Shown in pieces: positions 36,547 through 49,770 of a stretch of DNA of 64,000 nucleotides. Where the stretch lies: positions 8,308,001 to 8,372,000 of the forward strand of contig OZ024742.1 in the NCBI GenBank assembly GCA_964016885.1, read 5' to 3'. Below the pieces are notes generated by a model. The model was given only the letters and a program-made list of their open reading frames with translations, was not told the origin of the DNA and did not search any database. This DNA is from Eledone cirrhosa (lineage: Eukaryota). The position numbers and the translations under genes are program-made. Numbering within the stretch: the stretch's first letter is position 1; each line of letters opens with the position of its first letter.

Positions 36547-36579
<33 letters not shown>

Positions 36580-36581
<2 letters not shown>

Positions 36582-39500
36582 GATAGAGTAAGACACGCTT
36601 CGCATCGGCTCCGCTATTCCATCGGGATTTACCCTTACTATTGTAAGTACAGGATAAATTTTTTAGTGCAACACATTTGGAACACTAACCCCTGTTATTT
36701 AGGGAAACATTTTTGCATTTACCCCCTTTTTAGGGGGTAAAATAAATATCTATTTTTGCCGAAAAATTTCTTTCTTGGCAGCATGGCGGAAAAGATGGCA
36801 GACATGTCTGCCATTAGCTCTGCCACGCCCCCCAAGTCTGAAGAACAAAAAATAATTACAACAAAATTAGACATTGAAACAAACAAACAAAATGAAAAAA
36901 CAAATGTTAAGGAAAATGAGCAAACAGAAAACAAACAAACAGAAAATAATACAAATAACGACAGGGCAACTTTCGCCCAGAAAACAAAACAATCCATTAC
37001 ATACACACCAATTGACCTAACTGCCGCCAGAGAAAAACTGGCCGAAGCAAAGAAACACATTGTTTTGGGGGAGAACGGAATGTTCTCCATTAACTCCCCC
37101 CCCCCCCCCCAGAATTCAAGAAAGCCAGAGCAGAAAACACAGTTCTCTACAGAACTATACTGAACCAGACAAGAAAGCCAGCACAGCCCAGCCAAATGGA
37201 AATAGAGTTAGTCCTAAAAGACTATATGAAGAATATTCTCTTCATACGAAAGGACCGACTCTATGGCAGCATTTCGGTCCTAACAAGAGACAAAGAAACG
37301 GCGGAGAAGCTTTCCCTAAGCCCACTCTCGTCGACAACATATAGCTTCTATCCCTCCTACATTGGTAGAAGAACACAGAGAGTAAAAGTAAAAACAATGC
37401 TGCCCACAATGGACTTCTGGTGGGCTATTGCTGGCTTCATTGATATGGGCGAAGACACAATGCTGTCAATGGGGAAGGCAACTGGAGATGCGTTCCTGGG
37501 AATGGGCCTCGACATACTAGTCCAAATGAGGCCCGAAAGAATAGCACAAATCCCGGATCGCATCTGGCTGGATGACCTTACCCCAATAGACATAATTGTA
37601 GAGGGGAGAAGACCAGCATGCTATTTATGCATGGAAAGGGGACACGTTAAGGCTAACTGCCCGAAACGTATCCCCCAAAAAGGACGATTGCCCACACCCA
37701 TCACAAACAGTACACCAACACCACCCACCTCCAAAAATACACTAATACCACACACAGCAAACAAAATACAGACACCACCAACCACAAACACAACACAAAC
37801 ATCACCACCACCAGCACCAAACACAAGCACGACACAAAAATCACCACCACCAACCACAACACAAACACCACCATCACCAACCACAAGCACGACACAAACA
37901 TTACCACCACCACCACAAAACCCATTCCAAACAAATAATAAAAAAAACAGTAACAAATCTACCCCTCCCGCAAAAAAAAAACAACCACACAACACGTCCC
38001 TCCCACCTAGCGCTGAAGAGTTTCCCCCAACTTCTGAAGAAGAAGGAGGAGAAGCCTTCAGACAAGTTAAAAGAAAAAAAAGAAAACACACACCCAGCAC
38101 ACCACAAATAACCCACACACAAACACCAACTCCAATCAAAAACACCCCACCCTCAACAAACAAAAATAAATCTGCGCCTCCCCTCTCCGAAACATTGACA
38201 GCATCACAAAAAAAGACGTTGCAATACACATATATAAATAAAGAAAACAAAAAACTGGTTAAATTAATAAACAATAACCCTATGGTGCAGACCGAAGGGC
38301 CAAACTTTATCTCAACAGAGAACTTCACCCATTTAAAAATGATAAAGGTCCCTCTGGACCTTTATCGTTCCTTAAAAGAACAATTTAGACGGGACGTGAG
38401 CCCCCCCTGTTTAAAACCGTTGAATCGCGTCCTCTTGAAAGATTTCCCCATAACCGCCCCTCTCCCTGACACAACTCCAAATACCCCAACCCCACCACAC
38501 ACGTGTACCCCCACACCACCACAAAACATCCCTCCACCTAACACACCTGATGCCATGGAAATTACGCAACCCGGAGAGGTAAGTGCTTTTCTTTCTTCAC
38601 TTTCAACACCAAAATAGATCAATTGAGAGTTGGCTGTTTGAACGCGCGTGGCCTGGGCTCAGCTTGGAAGCAAGCAAAGCTTCTAAGTGACCTCAGGTCA
38701 CAAAGTATAGATGTGATGGTTGTTTGCGAGAGTCGGATCAGCAGCGTGAGACAGCTGGCGCCCGCCTTCGATGACTTTGAGATGCACGCATCTCTCTGTC
38801 AACCCGGAGGCGGGGGGGGGGGGGGGAGGGGGGGAGTTGCCGTACTGCTGGATAAACGTCTGACTCTCGACGTACAGATTGTTCACTCGGACCCGGGGGG
38901 TCGATTACTGGTGCTGGACGTCGGAGGCGGTGAAGGCGGGGCTTTCAGACTGGTCGGTCTTTATGCTCCCTTCGGGGCGGAAAGAGCCGACTTCTTCCAG
39001 CGTCTGGAGACTTTTCTAGGAACGTCGCGTTCCCTGCTTTTAGTGGGGGACTGGAAAGGAATCCTAGATGCGCGTTGGGACTATGCAGGGGCATGTCCCG
39101 ATAGAGGGGGGTGTAGCAGCCTCAAGGGGTTACTCGATCGATTCGACCTGGTCGATAGATTTCGACTAGATTGTCCAACTGCGCCAACCTGGACCTGGGC
39201 AAACCGCAGTGGACAATCTAGATCGTACCTAGATAGGTTTTTGGTTAGGAGTAAGGATAGGGACGTATTTAGTTGTCCAGAACTGATCATGGTTGGCTAT
39301 TCAGATCACAAATTAGTGACCTGCGTGGTCAACCTTGATAGAACGCATAGACAGGGTCCCGGTTACTGGAAGATGAACTTGTCCTTACCGACAAAGAAAG
39401 ATTACAGAAACCGGATTAGTAGCTTACTTAAGATGCGGTTGACGGGAGCGATCGTCAACAGTAGGTGGTGGATATCTCTAAAGAGAGAGATTAGAGTAAG

Positions 39501-42298
39501 TTCGATAGGTTACAGTAAGGAACTAGCGGCGAATAGAAATAGGAGGGAAAGGGAGTTAACAGATAAACTAGAAGAGGCGATTAGGAGCGGAGACGTAGCC
39601 AGAGTGTTAGCGACGAGAACGGCGTGGAGCCAGTTCTTTGACGCGAAGCACGAAGGCTGCGTTGTCCGAAGTAAAATACGTGCTTTAGGAAACGAGGGGA
39701 CCAAAGCTGTTAGCTGGGCCCGCGTGACAGAAGCCAAGAGTGGGATTAAATCCACCATTCGGTCTTTGCGAGACCAGGATGGACGGGTGATCCTTGAACC
39801 TGAGCGAATGTGCGAGACCTTTCAAAGGCACTTTGCTCGACTGTTCGGAGGTGGCGGGGGGCCGGACGGGGATGTGGACTTCGGTCCATACCTCGACGGT
39901 CTACCGCGTCTTTCGAGCGGCGAAGCGGAGTGCTGCGAAAGGCCAATCACAGCCACTGAAATCGGGGAAGCGCTCAGCCAATGCAGCAGACGCAAATCCC
40001 CGGGTCTCGATGGTCTACCATACGAACTTTATTTAGCTATGCCGGTCTTGTTCTCCGAACTCCTCGAGGCTGTCTATTGCAACTGGCAACAGAACGGGTG
40101 AATTCCCTGTTCTGTGACCAAGGGCGTGGTCACGCTAGTGAGGAAGGACGAGAGCAAGGGGGACGACTTAAGTAACTTTAGGCCCATAACTCTGCTGAAT
40201 GCAGAGTTACAGATTTTGGCCAAGGTGTTGGCGAAGAGGTTGGCGCTTGTGGTGGGTGGTTTGGTGGGAGACGCGCAGACATGCGCTATCCCGTCCAGGT
40301 CCATTCACGACAACCTCCACCTCATGCGATACATCATAGAGAGGGTTGGCTACGAACCCGGCTTTGGTGGGGCCCTGATCAACTTGGATCAATCTAAGGC
40401 GTTCGATAGGGTCGACCATGGTTACCTGGATGCGGTGCTAGCGGCGGCGGGCTTCGGACCCGTTTTCAGGGGCTGGATTTCTGCCATGCACAGTGGCAAC
40501 ATCTACTCTAGGATTAAAGTAAACGGCTACCTCTCGGAGCCGTTTCAAATCACCCGATCCATCAGACAGGGGTGCCCCCTCTCCTCCCTTCTGTACGTAT
40601 TGACTCTCGAGCCACTGCTGCGGAAGTTGGAGTTGCTGCGGGGCATACCCCTGGAACCGGGATTGCACAAAGCGGTCTCGGCCTATGCCGACGACGTAAC
40701 AGTAATGGTGGCGGACGCCTCGGAAATCGGGGCGATCGCCACCCTACTGGAGGAATACGAAAGGCTGACGGAGGCTAAGCTGAACCAGGACAAGTCAGTC
40801 GGTTTGCAACTCGGAACGTGGAGGGGCAAACCGATGCCGTTAGACGGTGTCGTCGGGCGGTGGACGGAGGGCCCGGTGAAGCTGCTCGGGGTCTGGTTCG
40901 GACCGGACCTCCAGGTGGAGAAGAATTGGGGCGAGGTGACGAGCAGGGTGTTTGCGCTGACCCAGAAGTGGGCCAAGTGCAAACTATCACTGAAAGGTCG
41001 GGCGGAGGTGACGAACGCTTACATAGCGTCCGTCATCTACTACCGCCTGACCGTCGTGCCTTGCCCCAAGGAAAAGCTCACCATCATGGAACGCATGCTC
41101 TTCCAGTTCCTCTGGAAGAAGCGGCCTCCCATGGTGATGAGATCCATCTGCTGCCAGCACCCTTCGAAAGGAGGGCTGGGTATGCCGTGGCTGTTGATGC
41201 GTAGGCACGCATTGAGGCTACGGCATCTACAGGTATTCCTCAACGGTCAGCCGGTGTGGGCCCCGTTTGTGAGGCGAGCCTTCCCACAGCTCGTCTCGCT
41301 CACCGAACTGCAATCCTGGGTGAAGCAAAGACCGAGAAAACTGGGCAACTGGCACACCGAGTGTGCCCAGGCGCTCACGGCTATCTGGCAAGCGGACCCG
41401 ACTGTCAGTGGAGAATCCACCTCGACATTCTATAGAGGGTTGGTGGCTAGCAGGGGCGACGACACCCTTGGAGAGTCGCTAGGCATGGAGGAGGACGAAC
41501 TGGCCAGCCTGTTCGGTAGAACTTTCGGCCCGGGACCCATGGACAACTTCCAGAGGTCTCTAGTCTGGCAGTGTTACCGGGGGGCTCTGCCCGTTCGAGA
41601 AAAGCTCTACAGACACGGGCGCCCGGGCAGGGATCCCGCGAAAAAGATCTGTCCCAGATGCGTGCGCGACGAGGAAACCGTTGCGCATGCACTGGTACAC
41701 TGCCCGGGCGTTGCCGATCTGTGGGGCTACGTCGAACGACTGCTGTCGCGTGTGGCGCCGATTCGATTAACCGCCGAGTCTGTGGTGAACATCAAGCCGC
41801 CTCCTCCCTTCAGAAATGAAGCAGAGGCGGTCTTTCTGTGCGTAATAGCCATGATGAAAGAGGTTGTGTGGTGGACGCGCCTGAAAGGTCTGAGGTCGGG
41901 TGACTTTCTCTCCGGCCATCACCTGGTTTACTTCTTCCGATACCACTTCGGAAGAAGGATCAGGATGGAGAGAGAAGTGCTTGGTCCCAGACAGTTTTAT
42001 GAAAGGTGGGTGAAAGAAGCGAGAATGGCCCGTGTAAATGGGCCTTCTCTCTACATTGTTCTGTAGGTGAAGAAGTGAAGAGGAAAGGGGGAGCGCCTCC
42101 TCTCTGGGCTTCCCCCGCGAAAAGAGTTGCACACTTTTCGGGGGTATGTGCAATCCCCAACACGCCCCCTCCCTTTTGAGGACTTTTTATTGTTATATTA
42201 TTATTGTTATTCCTTTTTTCTTTACTCGATTTATGTAAACTCCCCCACTGTGTAAATGTCCCCTTCTTTTGTGCCCTCGTGGCAAATAAATAGAAATT
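36580..42298 (+). mobile_element. Tx1-like element, copy 2, full length
   Basis: Near-identical to copy 1. ORF1 (36783-38617) is frameshifted in the poly-C at ~37095-37110. ORF2 (38623-42066) has a TGA at 40099 and GDWN>GDWK. Followed by (TATC)3. Confidence 0.93.
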
Positions 42299-42310
42299 TA
42301 TCTATCTATC

Positions 42311-45300
42311 TTGATAGAGTAAGACACGCTTCACATCGGCTCCGCTATTCCATCGGGATTTACCCTTACTATTGTAAGTACCGGATAAATTTTTCAGTGC
42401 AACACATTTGGAACACTAACCCCTGTTTTTTAGGGAAACATTTTTGCATTTACCCCCTTTTTAGGGGGTAAAATAAATATCTATTTTTGCCGAAAAATTT
42501 CTTTCTTGGCAGCATGGCGGAAAAGATGGCAGACATGTCTGCCATTAGCTCTGCCACGCCCCCCAAGTCTGAAGAACAAAAAATACTTACAACAAAATTA
42601 GACAATGAAACAAACAAAGAAAAGGAAAAAACAAATGTTAAGGAAAATGAGCAAACAGAAAACAAACAAACAGAAAATAATACAAATAACGACAGGGCAA
42701 CTTTCGCCCAGAAAACAAAACAATCCATTACATACACACCAATTGACCTAACAGCCGCCAGAGAAAAACTGGCCGAAGCAAAGAAACACATTGTTTTGGG
42801 GGAGAACGGAATGTTTTCCATTAACTCCCCCCCCCCCAGAATTCAAGAAAGCCAGAGCAGAAAACACAGTTCTCTACAGAACTATACTGAACCAGACAAG
42901 AAAGCCAGCACAGCCCAGCCAAATGGAAATAGAGTTAGTCCTAAAAGACTATATGAAGAATATTCTCTTCATACGAAAGGACCGACTCTATGGCAGCATT
43001 TCGGTCCTAACAAGAGACAGGGAAACGGCGGAGAAGCTTTCCCTAAGCCCACTCTCATCGACAACATATAGCTTCTATCCCTCCTACATGGGTAGAAGAA
43101 CACAGAGAGTAAAAGTAAAAACAATGCTGCCCACAATGGACTTCTGGTGGGCTATTGCTGGCTTCATTGATATGGGCGAAGACACAATGCTGTCAATGAG
43201 GAAGGCAACTGGAGATGCGTTCCTGGGAATGGGCCTCGACATACTAGTCCAAATGAGGGCCGAAAGAATAGCACAAATCCCGGATCGCATCTGGCTGGAT
43301 GACCTTACCCCAATAGACATAATTGTAGAGGGGAGAAGACCAGCATGCTATTTATGCATGGAAAGGGGACACGTTAATGCTAACTGCCCGAAACGTATCC
43401 CCCAAAAAGGACTATTGCCCACACCCACCACAAACAGTACACCAACACCACCCACCTCCAAAAATACACTAATACCACACACAGCAAACAAAATACAGAC
43501 ACCACCAACCACAAACACAACACAAACATTACCACCACCAGCACCAAACACAAGCACGACACAAAAATCACCACCACCAACCACAACACAAACATCACCA
43601 CCACCATCACCAACCACAAGCACGACACAAACATTACCACCACCACCACAAAACCCATTCCAAACAAATAATAAAAAAAACAGTAACAAATCTACCCCTC
43701 CCGCAAAAAAAAAAACAACCACACAACACGTCCCTCCCACCTAGCGCTGAAGAGTTTCCCCCAACTTCTGAAGAAGAAGGAGGAGAAGCCTTCAGACAAG
43801 TTAAAAGAAAAAAAAGAAAACACACACCCAGCACACCACAAATAACCCACACACAAACACCAACTCCAATCAAAAACACCCCACCCTCAACAAACAAAAA
43901 TAAATCTGCGCCTCCCCTCTCCGAAACATTGACAGCATCACAAAAAAAGACGTTGCAATACACATATATAAATAAAGAAAACAAAAAACTGGTTAAATTA
44001 ATAAACAATAACCCTATGGTGCAGACCGAAGGGCCAAACTTTATCTCAACAGAGAACTTCACCCATTTAAAAATGATAAAGGTCCCTCTGGACCTTTATC
44101 GTTCCTTAAAAGAACAATTTAGACGGGACGTGAGCCCCCCCCTGTTTAAAACCGTTGAATCGCGTCCTCTTGAAAGATTTCCCCATAACCGCCCCTCTCC
44201 CTGACACAACTCCAAATACCCCAACCCCACCACACACGTGTACCCCCACACCACCACAAAACATCCCTCCACCCAACACACCTGATACCATGGAAATTAC
44301 GCAACCCGGAGAGGTAAGTGCTTTTCTTTCTTCACTTTCAACACCAAAATAGATCAATTGAGAGTTGGCTGTTTGAACGCGCGTGGCCTGGGCTCAGCTT
44401 GGAAGCAAGCAAAGCTTCTAAGTGACCTCAGGTCACAAAGTATAGATGTGATGGTTGTTTGCGAGAGTCGGATCAGCAGCGTGAGACAGCTGGCGCCCGC
44501 CTTCGATGACTTTGAGATGCACGCATCTCTCTGTCAACCCGGAGGCGGGGGGGGGGAGTTGCCGTACTGCTGGATAAACGTCTGACTCTCGACGTACAGA
44601 TTGTTCACTCGGACCCGGGGGGTCGATTACTGGTGCTGGACGTCGGAGGCGGTGAAGGCGGGGCTTTCAGACTGGTCGGTCTTTATGCTCCCTTCGGGGC
44701 GGAAAGAGCCGACTTCTTCCAGCGTCTGGAGACTTTTCTAGGACCGTCGCGTTCCCTGCTTTTAGTGGGGGACTGGAATGGAATCCTAGATGCGCGTTGG
44801 GACTATGCAGGGGCATGTCCCGATAGAGGGGGGTGTAGCAGCCTCAAGGGGTTACTCGATCGATTCGACCTGGTCGATAGATTTCGACTAGATTGTCCAA
44901 CTGCGCCAACCTGGACCTGGGCAAACCGTAGTGGACAATCTAGATCGTACCTAGATAGGTTTTTGGTTAGGAGTAAGGATAGGGACGTATTTAGTTGTCC
45001 AGAACTGATCATGGTTGGCTATTCAGATCACAAATTAGTGACCTGCGTGGTAAACCTTGATAGAACGCATAGACAGGGTCCCGGTTACTGGAAGATGAAC
45101 TTGTCCTTACCGACAAAGAAAGATTACAGAAACCGGATTAGTAGCTTAGTTAAGATGCGGTTGACGGGAGCGATCGTCAACAGTAGGTGGTGGATATCTC
45201 TAAAGAGAGAGATTAGAGTAAGTTCGATAGGTTACAGTAAGGAACTAGCGGCGAATAGAAATAGGAAGGAAAGGGAGTTAACAGATAAACTAGAAGAGGC

Positions 45301-48020
45301 GATTAGGAGCGGAGACGTAGCCAGAGTGTTAGCGACGAGAACGGCGTTGAGCCAGTTCTTTGACGCGAAGCACGAAGGCTGCGTTGTCCGAAGTAAAATA
45401 CGTGCTTTAGGAAACGAGGGGACCAAAGCTGTTATCTGGGCCCGCGTGACAGAAGCCAAGAGTGGGATTAAATCCACCATTCGGTCTTTGCGAGACCAGG
45501 ATGGACGGGTGATCCTTGAACCTGAGCGAATGTGCGAGACCTTTCAAAGGCACTTTGCTCGACTGTTCGGAGGTGGCGGGGGGCCGGACGGGGATGTGGA
45601 CTTCGGTCCATACCTCGACGGTCTACCGCGTCTTTCGAGCGGCGAAGCGGAGTGCTGCGAAAGGCCAATCACAGCCACTGAAATCGGGGAAGCGCTCAGC
45701 CAATGCAGCAGACGCAAATCCCCGGGTCTCGATGGTCTACCATACGAACTTTATTTAGCTATGCCGGTCTTGTTCTCCGAACTCCTCGAGGCTGTCTATT
45801 GCAACTGGCAACAGAACGGGTGAATTCCCTGTTCTGTGACCAAGGGCGTGGTCACGCTAGTGAGGAAGGACGAGAGCAAGGGGGACGACTTAAGTAACTT
45901 TAGGCCCATAACTCTGCTGAATGCAGAGTTACAGATTTTGGCCAAGGTGTTGGCGAAGAGGTTGGCGCTTGTGGTGGGTGGTTTGGTGGGAGACGCGCAG
46001 ACATGCGCTATCCCGTCCAGGTCCATTCACGACAACCTCCACCTCATGCGATACATCATAGAGAGGGTTGGCTACGAACCCGGCTTTGGTGGGGCCCTGA
46101 TCAACTTGGATCAATCTAAGGCGTTCGATAGGGTCGACCATGGTTACCTGGATGCGGTGCTAGCGGCGGCGGGCATCGGACCCGTTTTCAGGGGCTGGAT
46201 TTCTGCCATGCACAGTGGCAACATCTACTCTAGGATTAAAGTAAACGGCTACCTCTCGGAGCCGTTTCAAATCACCCGATCCATCAGACAGGGGTGCCCC
46301 CTCTCCTCCCTTCTGTACGTATTGACTCTCGAGCCACTGCTGCGGAAGTTGGAGTTGCTGCGGGGCATACCCCTGGAACCGGGATTGCACAAAGCGGTCT
46401 CGGCCTATGCCGACGACGTAACAGTAATGGTGGCGGACGCCTCGGAAATCGGGGCGATCGCCACCCTGCTGGAGGAATACGAAAGGCTGACGGGGGCTAA
46501 GCTGAACCAGGACAAGTCAGTCGGTTTGCAACTCGGAACGTGGAGGTGCAAACCGATGCCGTTAAACGGTGTCGTCGGGCGGTGGACGGAGGGCCCGGTG
46601 AAGCTGCTCGGGGTCTGGTTCGGACCGGACCTCCAGGTGGAGAAGAATTGGGGCGAGGTGACGAGCAGGGTGTTTGCGCTGACCCAGAAGTGGGCCAAGT
46701 GCAAACTATCACTGAAAGGTCGGGCGGAGGTGACGAACGCTTACATAGCGTCCGTCATCTACTACCGCCTGACCGTCGTGCCTTGCCCCAAGGAAAAGCT
46801 CACCATCATGGAACGCATGCTCTTCCAGTTCCTCTGGAAGAAGCGGCCTCCCATGGTGATGAGATCCATCTGCTGCCAGCACCCTTCGAAAGGAGGGCTG
46901 GGTATGCCGTGGCTGTTGATGCGTAGGCACGCATTGAGGCTACGGCATCTACAGGTATTCCTCAACGGTCAGCCGGTGTGGGCCCCGTTTGTGAGGCGAG
47001 CCTTCCCACAGCTCGTCTCGCTCACCGAACTGCAATCCTGGGTGAAGCAAAGACCGAGAAAACTGGGCAACTGGCACACCGAGTGTGCCCAGGCGCTCAC
47101 GGCTATCTGGCAAGCGGACCCGACTGTCAGTGGAGAATCCACCTCGACATTCTATAGAGGGATGGTGGCTAGCAGGGGCGACGACACCCTTGGAGAGTCG
47201 CTAGGCATGGAGGAGGACGAACTGGCCAGCCTGTTCGGTAGAACTTTCGGCCCGGGACCCATGGACAACTTCCAGAGGTCCCTAGCCTGGCAGTGTTACC
47301 GGGGGGCTCTGCCCGTTTGAGAAAAGCTCTACAGACACGGGCGCCCGGGCAGGGATCCCGTGAAAAAGATCTGTCCCAGATGCGTGGGCGACGAGGAAAC
47401 CGTTGCGCATGCACTGGTACACTGCCCGGGCGTTGCCGATCTGTGGGGCTACGTCGAACGACTGCTGTCGCGTGTGGCGCCGGTTCGATTAACCGCCGAG
47501 TCTGTGGTGAACATCAAGCCGCCTCCTCCCTTCAGAAATGAAGCAGAGGCGGTCTTTCTGTGCGTAATAGCCATGATGAAAGAGGTTGTGTGGTGGACGC
47601 GCCTGAAAGGTCTGAGGTCGGGTGACTTTCTCTCCGGCCATCACCTGGTTTACTTCTTCCGATACCACTTCGGAAGAAGGATCAGGATGGAGAGAGAAGT
47701 GCTTGGTCCCAGACAGTTTTATGAAAGGTGGGTGAAAGAAGCGAGAATGGCCCGTGTAAATGGGCCTTCTCTCTACATTGTTCTGTAGGTGAAGAAGTGA
47801 AGAGGAAAGGGGGAGCGCCTCCTCTCTGGGCTTCCCCCGCGAAAAGAGTTGCACACTTTTCGGGGGTATGTGCAATCCCCAACACGCCCCCTCCCTTTTG
47901 AGGACTTTTTATTGTTATATTATTATTGTTATTCCTTTTTTCTTTACTCGATTTATGTAAACTCCCCCACTGTGTAAATGTCCCCTCCTTTTGTGCCCTC
48001 GTGGCAAATAAATAGAAATT
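42311..48020 (+). mobile_element. Tx1-like element, copy 3, full length
   Basis: ORF1 (42514-44352) and ORF2 (44358-47788) have homopolymer frameshifts and stops at 45821 and 47318. Followed by TATC-TGTC and (TC)n/(TATC)n. Confidence 0.93.
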
Positions 48021-48026
48021 TATCTG

Positions 48027-48083
<57 letters not shown>

Positions 48084-48239
48084 ATCTATCTGTCTGATTC
48101 TCTCTCTCTATCTATCTATGTATCTACCTCACTCTCTATGTACCTATCTCACCCACTCTCTCTCTCTACATCTCTCATGCTCTCTCTTCTATACTTTCCT
48201 TCATTTCTCTCCCATATATTAATTCTTCCCCCCCCCCCA

Positions 48240-48800
48240 CACACACATATATACACACACGCATACACTCACCCCGCACACATACACCCACCCCCACACA
48301 TACACACACATATATATATATACACACATACACACACATATATACACACACGCATACACTCACCCCGCACACATACACCGACCCCCACACATACATACAC
48401 ATATATATACACACACACATATATATACACACACGCATACACTCACCCCGCACACATACACCGACCCCCACACATACACCACACACATATATATACACAC
48501 ACACACACATATATATACACACACGCATACACTCACCCCGCACACATACACCCACCCCCACACATACACACACATATATATACACAGACACACACATATA
48601 TATATACACACACGCATACACTCACCCCGCACACATACACCCACCCCCACACATACACATACACATATATATATACACACACACACACACACATATATAC
48701 ACACACGCATACACTCACCCCGCACACATACACCCCCCACTTACATACACACATATATATACACACACGCATACACTCACCCCGCACATATACACCCCTC
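48240..48800. repeat. CA-rich minisatellite (~60-93 bp, 7 units with core CATACACTCACCCCGCAC)
   Basis: Core at ~48266, 48357, 48440, 48530, 48619, 48712 and 48774. Confidence 0.85.
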
Positions 48801-49311
48801 CCACAAACACACACATCCTCAATACTTGATTTATAGAGACCACATAGGTCAAGATAGATATATAACCATTATCCAATCAATATTGCATATATATATGTGT
48901 GAGTGTGTTTGTATCTATTTGTGTGTGTCTCTGTGTAGGCACGTGTATGTGTGTCGGTGTGTGTTTGTGTATGTGTTGATGTGTGTGTCTGTGTGTGTTT
49001 GTATGTGTGTGTGTATGGATGTGTGTGTGTGTGCGTGAGAGAGAGAGAGAGTGTGAGTGTGTCTGTGTGTGTGTGTGAGAGAAATTGTGAATGTGTGTGT
49101 GTATGTGTAAATAAGAATGGTTTTTACGAAGGTGATCTGGAAGAAATCACAGTTAAAAAAGGAACTCAATACATTGGTAGAGAAGATGAATCTTTGCACA
49201 TATATATGCTCGCATATCTGACGAGATGTCGAAAAAATTGTAATATGCAAATAAAGATTGTATATATGCTACAAGACTGACTTCGATTCTTTTAAATCTC
49301 CCTCTCTCCCC

Positions 49312-49344
<33 letters not shown>

Positions 49345-49409
49345 CACATATATATATATATATATATATAGCAAGTAAGTATGTTTTGAAACAGTGAGCG
49401 AGTTTGAAG

Positions 49410-49755
<346 letters not shown>

Positions 49756-49770
49756 ACATATATATATACT

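Larger units (their letters stand above)
30843..36547 (+). mobile_element. Tx1-like (L1 clade) non-LTR retrotransposon, copy 1, full length
   Basis: Preceded by (TATC)4 and followed by (TATC)8. Contains ORF1 and ORF2. The 3'UTR ends GTGGCAAATAAATAGAAATT. Confidence 0.93.

Noticed and set aside
49110-49280. Short unique reading frame (KNGFYEGDLEEITVKKG...) as a possible host exon
   Set aside because: No recognisable domain or convincing splice acceptor. It would need RNA-seq or homology support.
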